Positions 54,217 to 64,000 of a stretch of 64,000 bases of DNA are shown here, one piece after another (the stretch's first letter is position 1; each line of letters opens with the position of its first letter). The notes beneath the pieces are model-generated. The model made no database searches, had not been told where the DNA came from, and saw nothing but the letters and a program-made list of their open reading frames with translations. Location: the NCBI GenBank assembly GCA_017451735.1, contig JAFTNU010000040.1, forward strand, positions 22,101-86,100. Reading direction: 5' to 3'. Made by a program: the position numbers and the translations under genes. This DNA is from Clostridia bacterium (GTDB taxonomy: Bacteria; Bacillota; Clostridia; Oscillospirales; CAG-272).

Positions 54217-55872
54217 ATGGCAAAGCTTGCTTCTCTCTCCAACTTTTCCGGTGTCAAGGGCCCCGTCGTCACCATCGTGATGGACGGTGTCGGCCTGGCC
54301 CCCGACGGCCCCGGCAACGCCGTTAAGAACGCCTACACCCCCAATCTGGATCGTCTGATGGCCGACTACCCCATGGTCGCACTCCGTGCCCACGGTACCG
54401 CTGTCGGTCTGCCCTCCGACGATGATATGGGCAATTCCGAGGTGGGCCACAACGCCCTTGGTGCGGGTCAGGTCTTTGCACAGGGTGCAAAGCTGGTCTC
54501 CAACTCCATCGAATCGGGCAAGATGTTTGAAAGCGCCACCTGGCAGGAGCTGATCGGCGGCGTGAAGAAAAACGGCTCTACGCTGCACTTCCTGGGCCTC
54601 TTTTCCGACGGTAATGTCCACTCCCATATCGACCACCTGAAGGCTATGCTGGTGCAGGCAAAGAAGGAAGGCGTTTCCCGCGTACGTGTACACATTCTGA
54701 TTGACGGCCGCGATGTGGGTGAGACCTCGGCTTTGGAATATATCGATCCCTTTGAGACATTCCTGGCAGATCTCAATGATGCCACCTTTGATGCAGCCAT
54801 CGCCAGCGGCGGCGGTCGTATGAAGATCACCATGGACCGTTATGAGGCCGATTGGAGCATGGTCGACCTTGGCTGGAAGACCCATGTGCTTGGCGAGGGC
54901 CGTCAGTTTGCCTCCGCCGCTGAGGCTGTCAAGGCATACCGTGCCGAGTACGGCGTCATCGACCAGGACCTCCCCCCCTTCGTCATTGCCAAGGACGGCA
55001 AGGCGCTTGGCACCATCGAGGATGGCGACAGCGTGATCTTCTATAACTTCCGCGGTGACCGCTCCATCGAGATCTCCAAGGCCTTTGACGGCGGTGACGA
55101 TTTTGACAAGTTTGACCGTGTACGCGTCCCCAAGGTCATTTACGCCGGCATGCTGGAGTATGACGGCGACCTGCACATTCCGAAAAAGTACCTGGTGGCT
55201 CCCCCCGAGATCACCAATACCATGGGTGAATACCTTGCAAACACCGGTGTTTCTCAACTTGCCATTTCCGAGACGCAGAAATACGGCCATGTGACCTACT
55301 TCTGGAACGGTAACAAATCCGGCAAGTTCTCCGAAGCGCTTGAGACCTATATTGAGGTTCCCTCCGACGTGGTTCCCTTTGAGCAGCGCCCCTGGATGAA
55401 GTGCGCCGAGATCACCGACAAGCTCATTGAGTGCCTGGAATCGGGCAAGTACAAATATCTGCGCGTCAACTTCCCCAACGGCGACATGGTAGGTCACACC
55501 GGCTCTCTTGCCGCTACCCGTTGCTCGATGGAGGCTCTTGATCTGCAGTTGGGCAGATTGCTCCCCGTCATTGACAAGCTGGGCGGTGTGGCGCTGATCA
55601 CTGCCGACCACGGCAACGCCGATGAAATGTATGAGGTGGACAAGAAGGGCGCCCCCAAGACCGACAAGGCAGGTCACTACAAGGCCAAGACCAGCCACAC
55701 GCTGAACAAGGTGCCCTGCATCATCTATGACAACACGCCTGCAAAGGATGCCTACACCGTGAAGGCCGACGAGGGCAAGTTTGGCCTCTCCAACGTGGCG
55801 GCAACCATGGTCAACCTGATGGGCTACGCCGCCCCCGAAATGTGGGACGAGAGCATCATCGAGGTCAAGTAA
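54217..55872 (+). CDS. gpmI: 2,3-bisphosphoglycerate-independent phosphoglycerate mutase
   Basis: MGNSEVGH, SDGNVHSH, DGRDV, NFRGDR, ETQKYGHVT, DMVGHTG, TADHGNA. Confidence 0.96.
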   Translation: MAKLASLSNFSGVKGPVVTIVMDGVGLAPDGPGNAVKNAYTPNLDRLMADYPMVALRAHGTAVGLPSDDDMGNSEVGHNALGAGQVFAQGAKLVSNSIESGKMFESATWQELIGGVKKNGSTLHFLGLFSDGNVHSHIDHLKAMLVQAKKEGVSRVRVHILIDGRDVGETSALEYIDPFETFLADLNDATFDAAIASGGGRMKITMDRYEADWSMVDLGWKTHVLGEGRQFASAAEAVKAYRAEYGVIDQDLPPFVIAKDGKALGTIEDGDSVIFYNFRGDRSIEISKAFDGGDDFDKFDRVRVPKVIYAGMLEYDGDLHIPKKYLVAPPEITNTMGEYLANTGVSQLAISETQKYGHVTYFWNGNKSGKFSEALETYIEVPSDVVPFEQRPWMKCAEITDKLIECLESGKYKYLRVNFPNGDMVGHTGSLAATRCSMEALDLQLGRLLPVIDKLGGVALITADHGNADEMYEVDKKGAPKTDKAGHYKAKTSHTLNKVPCIIYDNTPAKDAYTVKADEGKFGLSNVAATMVNLMGYAAPEMWDESIIEVK

Positions 55873-55879
55873 TGATAAA

Positions 55880-55913
55880 GGGAGAGGACCCTTTTGCAAA
55901 AGGGTCCTCTCCC
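55880..55913. repeat. Perfect palindrome after gpmI (terminator or REP-like)
   Basis: gggagaggacccttttg/caaaagggtcctctccc. Confidence 0.65.
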
Positions 55914-56128
55914 TCTCATTTTCCGCATCCGCAGAAAATGATTCACCCACACCCCGAAAACCTTTAAAAAATATTGAATTTCGGTCATTCCAATATATAT
56001 ATGTAATATTCCAATTTTAAAAATGATACATTCTAAAATCAAAGAATGAATTTCGTCTATTTTTCTAAAATAATACGCCTTCATTCAAAAATCCCCCTGT
56101 CACATTTCGCCGACAGGGGGATTTTGGA

Positions 56129-57625
56129 TTATTCATCCCGCTTCTTTTTTAAGAAGAACGCAAAGATCGGATCGCGAGTCACAAGCAACAGTATACCGTA
56201 CACGGCCACACAAGGCAATACGATCAGCAGAATACCGAGGATACCGTTGGGTGCCACACGGGAAATGGCATATCCCACACCACCCATGATGGCAGAAAAC
56301 ACACCGTAACGCAGTAAAAGTCCCAGTACGGGGAGCACACGGATCTCACGCCGCACAAAGACAAACTGCAAAGCGGTGACGGTCAGCTCCGCCACCACAG
56401 ATGCAACAGCGGCCCCCAGAGCGGCACTGCGGCGGATCAGGAAGAAGTTTAACACCACGTTGACGGCCGCCCCTGCCAATACGGAAAAGGTCAACAGCTT
56501 TTCGCGCCCCGTGGGCACCAGATACTGGATGCCGATGACATTACTGCACCCAAGGATGGGAAACATCAGTGACAACACCGTAATAATGGGGATGACAGGC
56601 TCAAAGCCAGGGCCATAGAACACAGGCACAAAACGGGAAAGGATCAGCGTGACTCCCACGGCCAGGGGAAGCCCCAAGGCAAACACCAGACGGAAGGAAC
56701 CGTGAATCAGCGGGTAAACCTCCTCCCTCCGATCGCTCCTCCAGAGCACCGCCACCCGGGAGGCCATGACTGCCCCCAGTGAGGTGACCAACGCCACCAG
56801 CACCTTGATCAGCTTCTGACTTTGCTCATAATAACCGTTTTCAAAATCGGAGCCTGTGATCAGACCGATCATGGTCTTATCCAACACCGTATAGATCTGA
56901 ATGGCAAACTGAGAGGCGAACAGCGCCAATGCAGGTAGCAGATGATACAGCAGTCGCAACCGCAGGCCCCGCGGGCGTACGATGTAACGGCGCAGGCCCC
57001 ACCAGGAAAGGATATTTCCCAACATCAGCGAGGCACAATAAAGACAGACATAGATCACAAGATCCTCTTTATCCTTGACAAAGAGGAAGATGCAAAGCAT
57101 GGCCACCACACGTCCCACGGTCGTGCAGGCGGCGATGGGGCCGAAATCCTCCATGCCCTGATAAAACCAGGTGATATCCACGGCCACAGTCAGAATCTCG
57201 ATGGCGGCCACCGTGTAAAGGATGGGCGACACCGAGCGCGGCATGATGGTCAAGCAGTACACCAGGGTCGCCAGTGCGGCGCCCACGGCACGGAAAATCA
57301 GAATTTCAAAAAAGAGGCGACTGCGCTCCACAGGTTGATCCTTTGCACGGGCGATCTGCCTTTGCCCGTAAAGCGTCGTTCCCAGTGCCGCGAACAGGGC
57401 AAAGTACGAAACGATGGATTGGGCAAAGGAATATTTACCGATACCATCTGCCCCCAGCACGCGTGAAAGATACGGCGTGGTGATCAAAGGCAGTGCAATG
57501 GCAACGATCTGATAGATCAGATTAAAGATGTAATTCTGTGCAAAAGATTTTTCCCGCGGGGCGCCCCGCGCGCCTAACATCATCGACCGATGGGAAGCGA
57601 GCATTCCTTCCCATCGGTCAAGCAA
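56129..57625 (-). CDS. Wzx/RfbX-type polysaccharide flippase (start uncertain)
   Basis: NYIFNLIYQ..PLITTPYLSRVLG, DITWFYQGMEDF, IYTVLDKTMIG. Confidence 0.9.
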   Translation of the reverse strand: MLDRWEGMLASHRSMMLGARGAPREKSFAQNYIFNLIYQIVAIALPLITTPYLSRVLGADGIGKYSFAQSIVSYFALFAALGTTLYGQRQIARAKDQPVERSRLFFEILIFRAVGAALATLVYCLTIMPRSVSPILYTVAAIEILTVAVDITWFYQGMEDFGPIAACTTVGRVVAMLCIFLFVKDKEDLVIYVCLYCASLMLGNILSWWGLRRYIVRPRGLRLRLLYHLLPALALFASQFAIQIYTVLDKTMIGLITGSDFENGYYEQSQKLIKVLVALVTSLGAVMASRVAVLWRSDRREEVYPLIHGSFRLVFALGLPLAVGVTLILSRFVPVFYGPGFEPVIPIITVLSLMFPILGCSNVIGIQYLVPTGREKLLTFSVLAGAAVNVVLNFFLIRRSAALGAAVASVVAELTVTALQFVFVRREIRVLPVLGLLLRYGVFSAIMGGVGYAISRVAPNGILGILLIVLPCVAVYGILLLVTRDPIFAFFLKKKRDE

Positions 57626-57640
57626 CTTGCATCAAACATA

Positions 57641-58393
57641 TTATCCCTTTACTTTATCTAATAATGCGCGACAAACGGTTTTGGCCGACAGCTCGGTGCT
57701 GGCATACCATTTCTCACAAACGCGCAGCTTTTGGTGGTGCACCCATACATGGAGCAGCCGCTCGCCCAAATACCCGAAGATCCGCTTTTGCACAGGGTCA
57801 TAACCGCTGATGTCGGTCTGCGCCTCCACAAAAGCAAGCACCGAAAACAACCATTCGCAATAGGCGTCCGCCTTTTCCTTGGGCATGATGAACATATTAC
57901 ACTGATGGGTTCTGTGCATCGCCATGACCTCATCGAACGAAGCCAGGTAGTCGGGATACAGCTCCTCCAGAGCACGGCGGGTGGTTTGCAGATCCTTTTC
58001 AAAATGATTGGCGATGTAATGCTCCCCCACGCTCTTGCGCCCCAAGTGGACACGTCTCGGTAGGATGATATCATACTCCGAAAGGATCTTTTCAATCTGC
58101 TCGGGTGTCAGCACCCGACGCAATTTGCGGTCTAAGGGGCGGGAGGAAAAATAACGGCGGTAATGGCAAAGGCCCACCACATCGGCTTGGACGTTCTTCC
58201 AGGCCCAATAAAGGCCCGTCAGCTCGCAATAGCTCGGATTCTTTTCGGAAATATGATCGCCTGTGTTATCCCGCAAGAAGCCCAAGGGCTCCTTGCCCTC
58301 GCTCCCCACCTGCAGGGGGCGATAGATAGACGCCAAGCGTTCGGACGGTGTAAATTTTTTATGCGCCGCCACATAGATCTGAATATCGGCCAT
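57641..58393 (-). CDS. DUF4422-family glycosyltransferase
   Basis: IYVAAHK, DNTGDHISEKNPSYCELTGLYWAWKN, GLCHYRRYF, GYLGERL. Confidence 0.88.
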   Translation of the reverse strand: MADIQIYVAAHKKFTPSERLASIYRPLQVGSEGKEPLGFLRDNTGDHISEKNPSYCELTGLYWAWKNVQADVVGLCHYRRYFSSRPLDRKLRRVLTPEQIEKILSEYDIILPRRVHLGRKSVGEHYIANHFEKDLQTTRRALEELYPDYLASFDEVMAMHRTHQCNMFIMPKEKADAYCEWLFSVLAFVEAQTDISGYDPVQKRIFGYLGERLLHVWVHHQKLRVCEKWYASTELSAKTVCRALLDKVKG

Positions 58394-58413
58394 AATCATT
58401 CCTCCATTCGGGA

Positions 58414-60087
58414 TTATTTTGCCAAGAAGCGGAAGAAGAAAGTGCTTTGATAGGTAACGGAAGTGAAATTGCGTGCCGCGCCCTCCCGCTCGCCCGTGAA
58501 GATCTGATTGAAGGTATAGATCTTGTCATTGACCACATTCAGCTTGCCCGCGGTGCCCACCGCCCAGAATCCGTTTCCAAAATCCCGCATAGCCGTGACC
58601 GAGCCTATCAAGAGCGCCACGATCAGAACCACACACAAGACTCGCCCGACACGCAGCTCACGGGTAAGGTCATGCCGTAAGGTTAAGGCCTCTTCGTGCT
58701 CAAACAAAAATTTAACCGAAAGAAGCATCAGAATAAACACGGTGGGAATCGATGCGCGCATGCAGAAATCGAAATCGGTGCCGATGCTGAAAAGCGGACA
58801 GAACACCGCGCAGAAAAAGGCCGCACGGTAAAGCAACTCGCCGCGATAGGTGTATCCGAGAATGGCCAGGTAAACGCCGCTTTCCAAGAGGAACGCAAAC
58901 AGATAGTGACGGTTGATATCGGGATTGAACAATGCCCAGATACCAAGGAACAGACAAAGCACCGCCCCGGCGCCTGCATAATACCATTCCTTATTCCGGC
59001 GGGAAAGCAGAAGTGCTCCCACGGCCGACAGTACACCCAAAAGCAGTAAAAGAACGATAGCCAAAAGATCGGTCTCTACCCGTTGCAGAGTTTGCTCGGC
59101 AGATATGGCCATGTTGGAGATATAATAACTGAACCACATGGGTAGCAAAACGCAGACAGCCACCAGATTTTGCGGGGTAAAGATCTCAAAAAGCAGTAAA
59201 CGTACCGTTTTTTCGCGTACCGCGTGCCAAATGCGCACGGCAAGAACCGCCGCCATATAAATGGCAAGCCCAACACAGGGGAGCGGCGCGCTGGCAGCGC
59301 AAAGCACCAACAAAAAGGCGTAGCTGCGCAAGGATTTCTCATGCAGGAAGCAGATCACCGTCAACCATGCGGGAATGGCTTGATTGAAAACCCACCCAAG
59401 GCAGGCCGCCATCGAGGTAAATTGATACGGCGTCCACCACTCGAAATGATACGGAATCCCGACGCCACACATCCATTGACAAAACACACCTACAATATCA
59501 AGACCGCTGAAGCCGATGATCACGGCCAATGCAACGGCGAAGCGCTTTGTCGTATGCGCGCGCACATAAAGCAGGATCAGCAGGATGATCACATACAGAT
59601 TGAGGATGGACCACAAAAGCAAAGCGATATTGCCCACGGCAAAGGAGACAGCCATGCCGCCACCGCACACAAGAGCCAATTTGCCAAACAATGCGGCAGG
59701 TAACCAGAAGCCGATATAGTACACCAAGGCCGAATTCGGCACATCGTAGATCACAGGCCAGTCGTAACGGATAAGATCACGAAAAATGGCATTGCGCGCC
59801 CCCCAGTCGCTTGTCTGAAAATAGAGATTTCCCAGACCTGAAAGATAGCACCAAAGGGCAACCACTCCAAGAAGTATCAGGCATTTGCGCATCGACAGCT
59901 GCAGGGTATAGGATCCCTCCGTGTCACGCAAATTCTCGCCACGTATGGCAAAAAAGTACGCTCCGCCCACCAGCAGTGCCAGTGGGATGCCGATCCATAG
60001 CTTGAGAAAGCCCAGTGCAAAGATGCAGGTCGGCAATGCCAACAGGAGGTATGCGATTTTTTTGAGCTTTGAATACGAAACGACCAT
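58414..60087 (-). CDS. Polytopic membrane protein, possible GT-C glycosyltransferase or polymerase
   Basis: Many TM segments; SDWGARN..DLI..WPV loop, FDFCMR; in polysaccharide cluster. Confidence 0.6.
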   Translation of the reverse strand: MVVSYSKLKKIAYLLLALPTCIFALGFLKLWIGIPLALLVGGAYFFAIRGENLRDTEGSYTLQLSMRKCLILLGVVALWCYLSGLGNLYFQTSDWGARNAIFRDLIRYDWPVIYDVPNSALVYYIGFWLPAALFGKLALVCGGGMAVSFAVGNIALLLWSILNLYVIILLILLYVRAHTTKRFAVALAVIIGFSGLDIVGVFCQWMCGVGIPYHFEWWTPYQFTSMAACLGWVFNQAIPAWLTVICFLHEKSLRSYAFLLVLCAASAPLPCVGLAIYMAAVLAVRIWHAVREKTVRLLLFEIFTPQNLVAVCVLLPMWFSYYISNMAISAEQTLQRVETDLLAIVLLLLLGVLSAVGALLLSRRNKEWYYAGAGAVLCLFLGIWALFNPDINRHYLFAFLLESGVYLAILGYTYRGELLYRAAFFCAVFCPLFSIGTDFDFCMRASIPTVFILMLLSVKFLFEHEEALTLRHDLTRELRVGRVLCVVLIVALLIGSVTAMRDFGNGFWAVGTAGKLNVVNDKIYTFNQIFTGEREGAARNFTSVTYQSTFFFRFLAK

Positions 60088-60134
60088 TTTCTCACACCCT
60101 TCCGCAAACTGATAAAACCCCACTGTATCAATTC

Positions 60135-60223
60135 ATTATATCACCATTTGGCCTTTCTGTCAATATGACCGCCGATTTCACCCCTCGCCCTTCCTTGACA
60201 AATGAACGGTACCATGCTATAAT
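60135..60223. promoter_or_regulatory. Back-to-back SigA promoters
   Basis: Minus strand TTGACA(60163)-17-TATAAT; plus strand TTGACA(60195)-17-TATAAT(60218). Confidence 0.8.
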
Positions 60224-60301
60224 GTTAATGTAGTCGAGTCTCAATAGGTCAAACTCAGTTTCAAAAGTCAAATATCATTCACATGCAAAGGATTTTTTCA
60301 A

Positions 60302-61312
60302 ATGAAATCATTGAGTATTTTATACGCCTGCGACGAAAATTACGCACCGTGGGCAGGGATATCCATGTGTTCTCTGTTTGAGAATAACAAGGAATTGCCC
60401 GAGCTGACGGTGTATTGCGTGGTCGATCGGGTCAGCGAAGGCTCCCGCGAAAAAATGGCAACGCAGGCAGAGCGTTATGGCAGAGAGCTGATCTTTGTGG
60501 ACGCCGCCGCCATCATCGAGCAGATCAAGGCACTGCATATTCCCTCCTACCGCGGCTCCTATACCACCAATTTTCGCCTATTTTTTCACACCTTTGTCCG
60601 CGAAAACACAGAACGGTTGCTCTATATCGATTGCGACACCCTGGTGACCGGTTCTCTTTTGCCCCTGGCAGAGCTGGACATGGGCGACAAGGTCATCGGT
60701 GTGGTACGGGATGCGCTGACGGTGCAATATAAGCTTTTATTGGGGATGTCCCCCGATGACCTCTATTTCAACGCGGGCATCTCACTGATCAACATTCCCG
60801 AATGGAACAGGCAGCAGATCACCGAAAAAATGCTGGATCACATACAGAACGTGCGGGCACGGTACTGCAATCCCGATCAGGATCTTTTGAATCTGGTGCT
60901 CAAGGGGCGTACTTATCTGCTCTCCCCTGCCTACAATCTCCAGCCCCACCACATGGCCTTTCCCGACAAAACCTATTTCGCCGTCTATCGCCCGACCGCT
61001 TACTACACACACGAGGAATTGGAGGCGGCGCGACAGCATCCGGTGATCATTCACGCCTATCGATTCATCGGGGATTTTCCCTGGCACAAGGGAAATAAGC
61101 ACCCCGTTAACGACCTCTTTGATGAATATACCGAGAAATCCCCCTGGAAGGGCCTTGTAAAGAAGCCATCTGGCGGCGGTCTTATTTTCAAAATTGAAAA
61201 ACTGATGTACACCCTGCTTTCTCGTCGTCTTTTTCTCTCCTTCTTCCGCCGGTTCACTTTCCGACAGTTTCAGAAAAAGAACGCAGTTCTATCCAAAAAC
61301 GAAACAAAATAA
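60302..61312 (+). CDS. Glycosyltransferase family 8
   Basis: DENYA, RLLYIDCD, YFNAG, DQDLLN, IIH. Confidence 0.92.
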   Translation: MKSLSILYACDENYAPWAGISMCSLFENNKELPELTVYCVVDRVSEGSREKMATQAERYGRELIFVDAAAIIEQIKALHIPSYRGSYTTNFRLFFHTFVRENTERLLYIDCDTLVTGSLLPLAELDMGDKVIGVVRDALTVQYKLLLGMSPDDLYFNAGISLINIPEWNRQQITEKMLDHIQNVRARYCNPDQDLLNLVLKGRTYLLSPAYNLQPHHMAFPDKTYFAVYRPTAYYTHEELEAARQHPVIIHAYRFIGDFPWHKGNKHPVNDLFDEYTEKSPWKGLVKKPSGGGLIFKIEKLMYTLLSRRLFLSFFRRFTFRQFQKKNAVLSKNETK

Positions 61313-61350
61313 TCAAAAGCGGGAGCACCAAGGTGCTCCCGCTTTTGATT
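61311..61350. terminator. Bidirectional terminator
   Basis: aatcaaaagcgggagcacc-aa-ggtgctcccgcttttgatt. Confidence 0.85.
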
Positions 61351-61400
61351 ATGAGTAGTGATAATTGCGCAAAAACCAAGTAACGTATATCGTTTTTTGC

Positions 61401-62354
61401 TCAGAGTGTTTCGGGATAAAAGCGCTTGCGCGCCTCGAGCAAACGCTCAGCGTTATCCAGCAACGTATATCTGTTTTTAGATGCGGTAGAAACCCAGGGA
61501 GCCGCCATGTAGCCCAGTAAGCCGCCTGCGGTCAGCCGGTCTCTCCCGAACGCCACATTTTGATGCATATTCCGCAAATTATTGTAAAGCGATCCGGTCA
61601 GGATCTGATCATAGCCCTTTTGGTCAAGGGCCTCAAAGATCTCGATGCGCTTGTGCTGCAGCGAATCAGCGAGATACTCCTTAAACGGCAGATACAACCA
61701 ACTGGATTGGAGCACCGAGCGCGGCATCTTTTGCAAAAAGACCTCCTCGTGGCGCCAAGCGTAATCCGACCAGACCCAAGGTCTGGCGCCGTGCTTTTCG
61801 CACTCGGAAAACAGGAAAAAAAGATCATGCCACCAAAGCTCCTCGCCGCGAACGGTGATACATTCATAGCCCTTCTGCATTTCCGCATTTTCTTCGTCAC
61901 ATCCAAGGTGGAAGATTCGCGGAGCATCAAACACCTCACAAACCTCACGAATGAGATCTGCGCAGACCCGATAATAGGTCGGCGTGGAGATCATCCTTCT
62001 GTATTCCTTCAGCCAGGTGTCATGGCAGGCAGAAAAATTCAGCTTTGGGATCGGCTCAAGCCCAAGAGCGCGCATTTCACTTAACTTCTTTTTAAGGAAA
62101 TCCTTCTCCCACGCATTGGGCGCAGAGATCTCGGAATGGCTTTCGTATTTGATACCATCCCCTACATCGATCAGCACGAAATTGTATTTCCGCTCAGCCA
62201 AAGCCTTGACAGTCTCGTCCCAGGTGATCTCGTCAATATCAATCTCATGCGAGTAGGGCACATCTTCATACCACAGGGTGGGACGGGTGCTTTCATCCGC
62301 CCACATGTGGTTGCTGAGGCTGAGCATATACCCCCAAAGTTGCTTTTTCTGCAT
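61401..62354 (-). CDS. TIM-barrel glycoside hydrolase-like protein (GH20-like)
   Basis: PIPKLNFSACHD, FHLGCDEE, VWSD. Confidence 0.6.
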   Translation of the reverse strand: MQKKQLWGYMLSLSNHMWADESTRPTLWYEDVPYSHEIDIDEITWDETVKALAERKYNFVLIDVGDGIKYESHSEISAPNAWEKDFLKKKLSEMRALGLEPIPKLNFSACHDTWLKEYRRMISTPTYYRVCADLIREVCEVFDAPRIFHLGCDEENAEMQKGYECITVRGEELWWHDLFFLFSECEKHGARPWVWSDYAWRHEEVFLQKMPRSVLQSSWLYLPFKEYLADSLQHKRIEIFEALDQKGYDQILTGSLYNNLRNMHQNVAFGRDRLTAGGLLGYMAAPWVSTASKNRYTLLDNAERLLEARKRFYPETL

Positions 62355-62378
62355 CCCTATATCCTCCCAAAAGGCGTA

Positions 62379-63587
62379 TTATGCGTTAAAGGTGCCCTCG
62401 GTGTCGCTGACAACGCTTTCCACATTGTCCTTGCGGCGGGAGGTCTTGACCTTTTCCATCAGGAGATCATAGAATCTCTGCTCGTCAAAGGGCAGCTCCA
62501 CCATGCGGTCCTCCCAGGCGGAAAGATGCATGGCATTGGAGATCATCAGACCGTTGATGCCCTCGCGGCCGTCGGCCACCAGGGGCTCGCCCCGCAGAAT
62601 AGCGGCGGCAAAGGCGTTGAGCACGCCGGAATGCTGGCTGTTTTCCCCCTCCAGCTCAGGCTCGATGATCTCGACATCGGGCTTGCCGAAGGCCTTGGTG
62701 CGGTTGGTCCTGGAGTACTCGGACTCGGGCATGGAAAGCTTCTTCAGCGTCAGCTTCTTGGCATCCTCGCAAAGGAGTGTACCGCCATCGCAGACCACCT
62801 CAAAGCGGTTGGTACCAGGGGTATCGCCAGTGGTGGTGATAAAGGTACCAGTTGCGCCGTTTTCGTACTCGGCGTATGCGGTCACGTCGTCCTCTACCTC
62901 GATGTCATGCCACTTGCCGAAGTGCATGTGTGTGTGGATCCTCTTGGGCATGCCGCAGATCCACTGCCACAGATCCAGATTGTGGGGGCACTGGTTCAGC
63001 AGAACACCGCCGCCCTCGCCGCTCCAGGTGGCACGCCATGCGCCGGAATCATAATAGTATTGGGGACGATACCAATTGGTGATGATCCAGTTGGTACGCT
63101 TGATGGCACCCAGCTCACCGCTTTGAATGATCTCGCGCATCTTGCGGAACACGGGGTTGGTGCGCTGATTGAACATCATACCGAACACCAGCTCGGGATG
63201 CTTGTCGGCGGCGGCCATCATCTCACGGACCTGCAGCGTGTAAACGCCTGCAGGCTTTTCGCACATCACATGCAGACCGCGATCCAGGGCTTCCATGGTC
63301 AGGCGGGGATGGTCATAGTGGGGCACGGCCACGATCACCGCGTCCACCACCTTGGCGTCCATCATTTTCTCGGCACTGTCAAAGAGCAGAGGCTCACTCA
63401 CGGGCGTGTCGGGATGCTCCTCATTGAACTTCTTGCACATCTCACGACAGGCCTCCAGACGTGCGGGGTCCAGGTCGGCCACGGCCGCCAGCTCGATCTC
63501 GGGGCACTTACCGTTCCAGATATTTTTGGTATGGGTATTACAGCCGATATTACCGAAGCCGATAATGCCGATTTTCACTTTTTTCAT
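62379..63587 (-). CDS. Gfo/Idh/MocA oxidoreductase
   Basis: GIIGFGNIG, VPHYDH, HVMCEKP, GGGVLLNQCPHNLD. Confidence 0.93.
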   Translation of the reverse strand: MKKVKIGIIGFGNIGCNTHTKNIWNGKCPEIELAAVADLDPARLEACREMCKKFNEEHPDTPVSEPLLFDSAEKMMDAKVVDAVIVAVPHYDHPRLTMEALDRGLHVMCEKPAGVYTLQVREMMAAADKHPELVFGMMFNQRTNPVFRKMREIIQSGELGAIKRTNWIITNWYRPQYYYDSGAWRATWSGEGGGVLLNQCPHNLDLWQWICGMPKRIHTHMHFGKWHDIEVEDDVTAYAEYENGATGTFITTTGDTPGTNRFEVVCDGGTLLCEDAKKLTLKKLSMPESEYSRTNRTKAFGKPDVEIIEPELEGENSQHSGVLNAFAAAILRGEPLVADGREGINGLMISNAMHLSAWEDRMVELPFDEQRFYDLLMEKVKTSRRKDNVESVVSDTEGTFNA

Positions 63588-63603
63588 AACCGTATCTCCT
63601 TTT

Positions 63604-63999
63604 TCAGTCCGCAAAGCCTGCGGCACGGATAAATTTCAAGCTTCTCTCAAGACAATCGAAGGGATCCTCGCCATAGCACTTATCCTGCTCGACGAAGGCG
63701 TATTCGATGTCGCAATCACGTACGGCGGCAAACACAGACTCCCAGTTGATGTTACCGTCACCGATGGCCGCCATGTGGGGACCGCGATCCTCGCGGCTGT
63801 ATGCCATATCCTTGAAATGGATGCACTTGATACGACCGTTGAGTTTACGGATCCACGCGGCGGGATCGGCGCCGCCTGCCTGTACCCAGTAGGTATCCAC
63901 GATGATACCCAGCTCCTCGGGGGTAAACTGCTCACAAAGTGCGTCAATAAAGAGTCTGCCGTCGGGGAGCTTAACAAACTCGGCGGCATGATGATGATA
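63604..63999 (-). CDS. Sugar phosphate isomerase/epimerase (TIM barrel), 5' end outside window
   Basis: YHHH, DTYWVQAGG, IHFKD, IGDGNINW, VEQD. Confidence 0.88.
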   Translation of the reverse strand, partial: YHHHAAEFVKLPDGRLFIDALCEQFTPEELGIIVDTYWVQAGGADPAAWIRKLNGRIKCIHFKDMAYSREDRGPHMAAIGDGNINWESVFAAVRDCDIEYAFVEQDKCYGEDPFDCLERSLKFIRAAGFAD

Positions 64000-64000
64000 G

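Noticed and set aside
54178-55950. Long antisense ORFs (also 52643..54064, 62136..63632, 23856..24938, 5206..6183, 40105..41115)
   Set aside because: They mirror well-supported genes on the other strand, as expected from GC-rich codon bias, and show no motifs

Overview
GC-rich chromosomal segment of a Clostridia-type (Bacillota) bacterium; the taxon is inferred from gene families and a SpoIVFB-like gene. Housekeeping and metabolic genes include galE, glmM, dxs, gluQ, potABCD, tmcAL, ackA, gpmI, an amino-acid ABC transporter, MATE pumps, a GH36 and a surface-polysaccharide cluster. There are two accessory insertions. (1) An AT-rich island of about 4.6 kb lies behind tRNA-Leu(GAG) and encodes a 1101-aa zinc-ribbon/nuclease protein. 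(2) The main result is a ~13.4 kb integrated element (32187-45545) flanked by an exact 20-bp direct repeat and weak IS30-like terminal inverted repeats, inserted in the 3' end of a glycyl-radical activase gene. It combines a Rep_trans rolling-circle initiator with its nick-site hairpin, an SSB-sized gene, four membrane-anchored proteins (one with 39 Gly-X-Y collagen triplets), small basic peptides, a multi-TM pI/Zot-like ATPase, a candidate antisense sRNA and an IS30-family DDE transposase as its only recombinase. It reads as a transposase-integrated, inovirus-like ssDNA provirus with no recognisable small major coat gene. Other oddities are a circularly permuted amino-acid binding protein, a deoxyribonucleotidase-guanylate kinase fusion next to a non-canonical ThyX-like gene, a glycyl-radical enzyme with a GCNW cysteine loop, an attenuator leader on the MATE operon and an orphan structured RNA candidate. 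All calls come from motif reading by eye; no database search was run.
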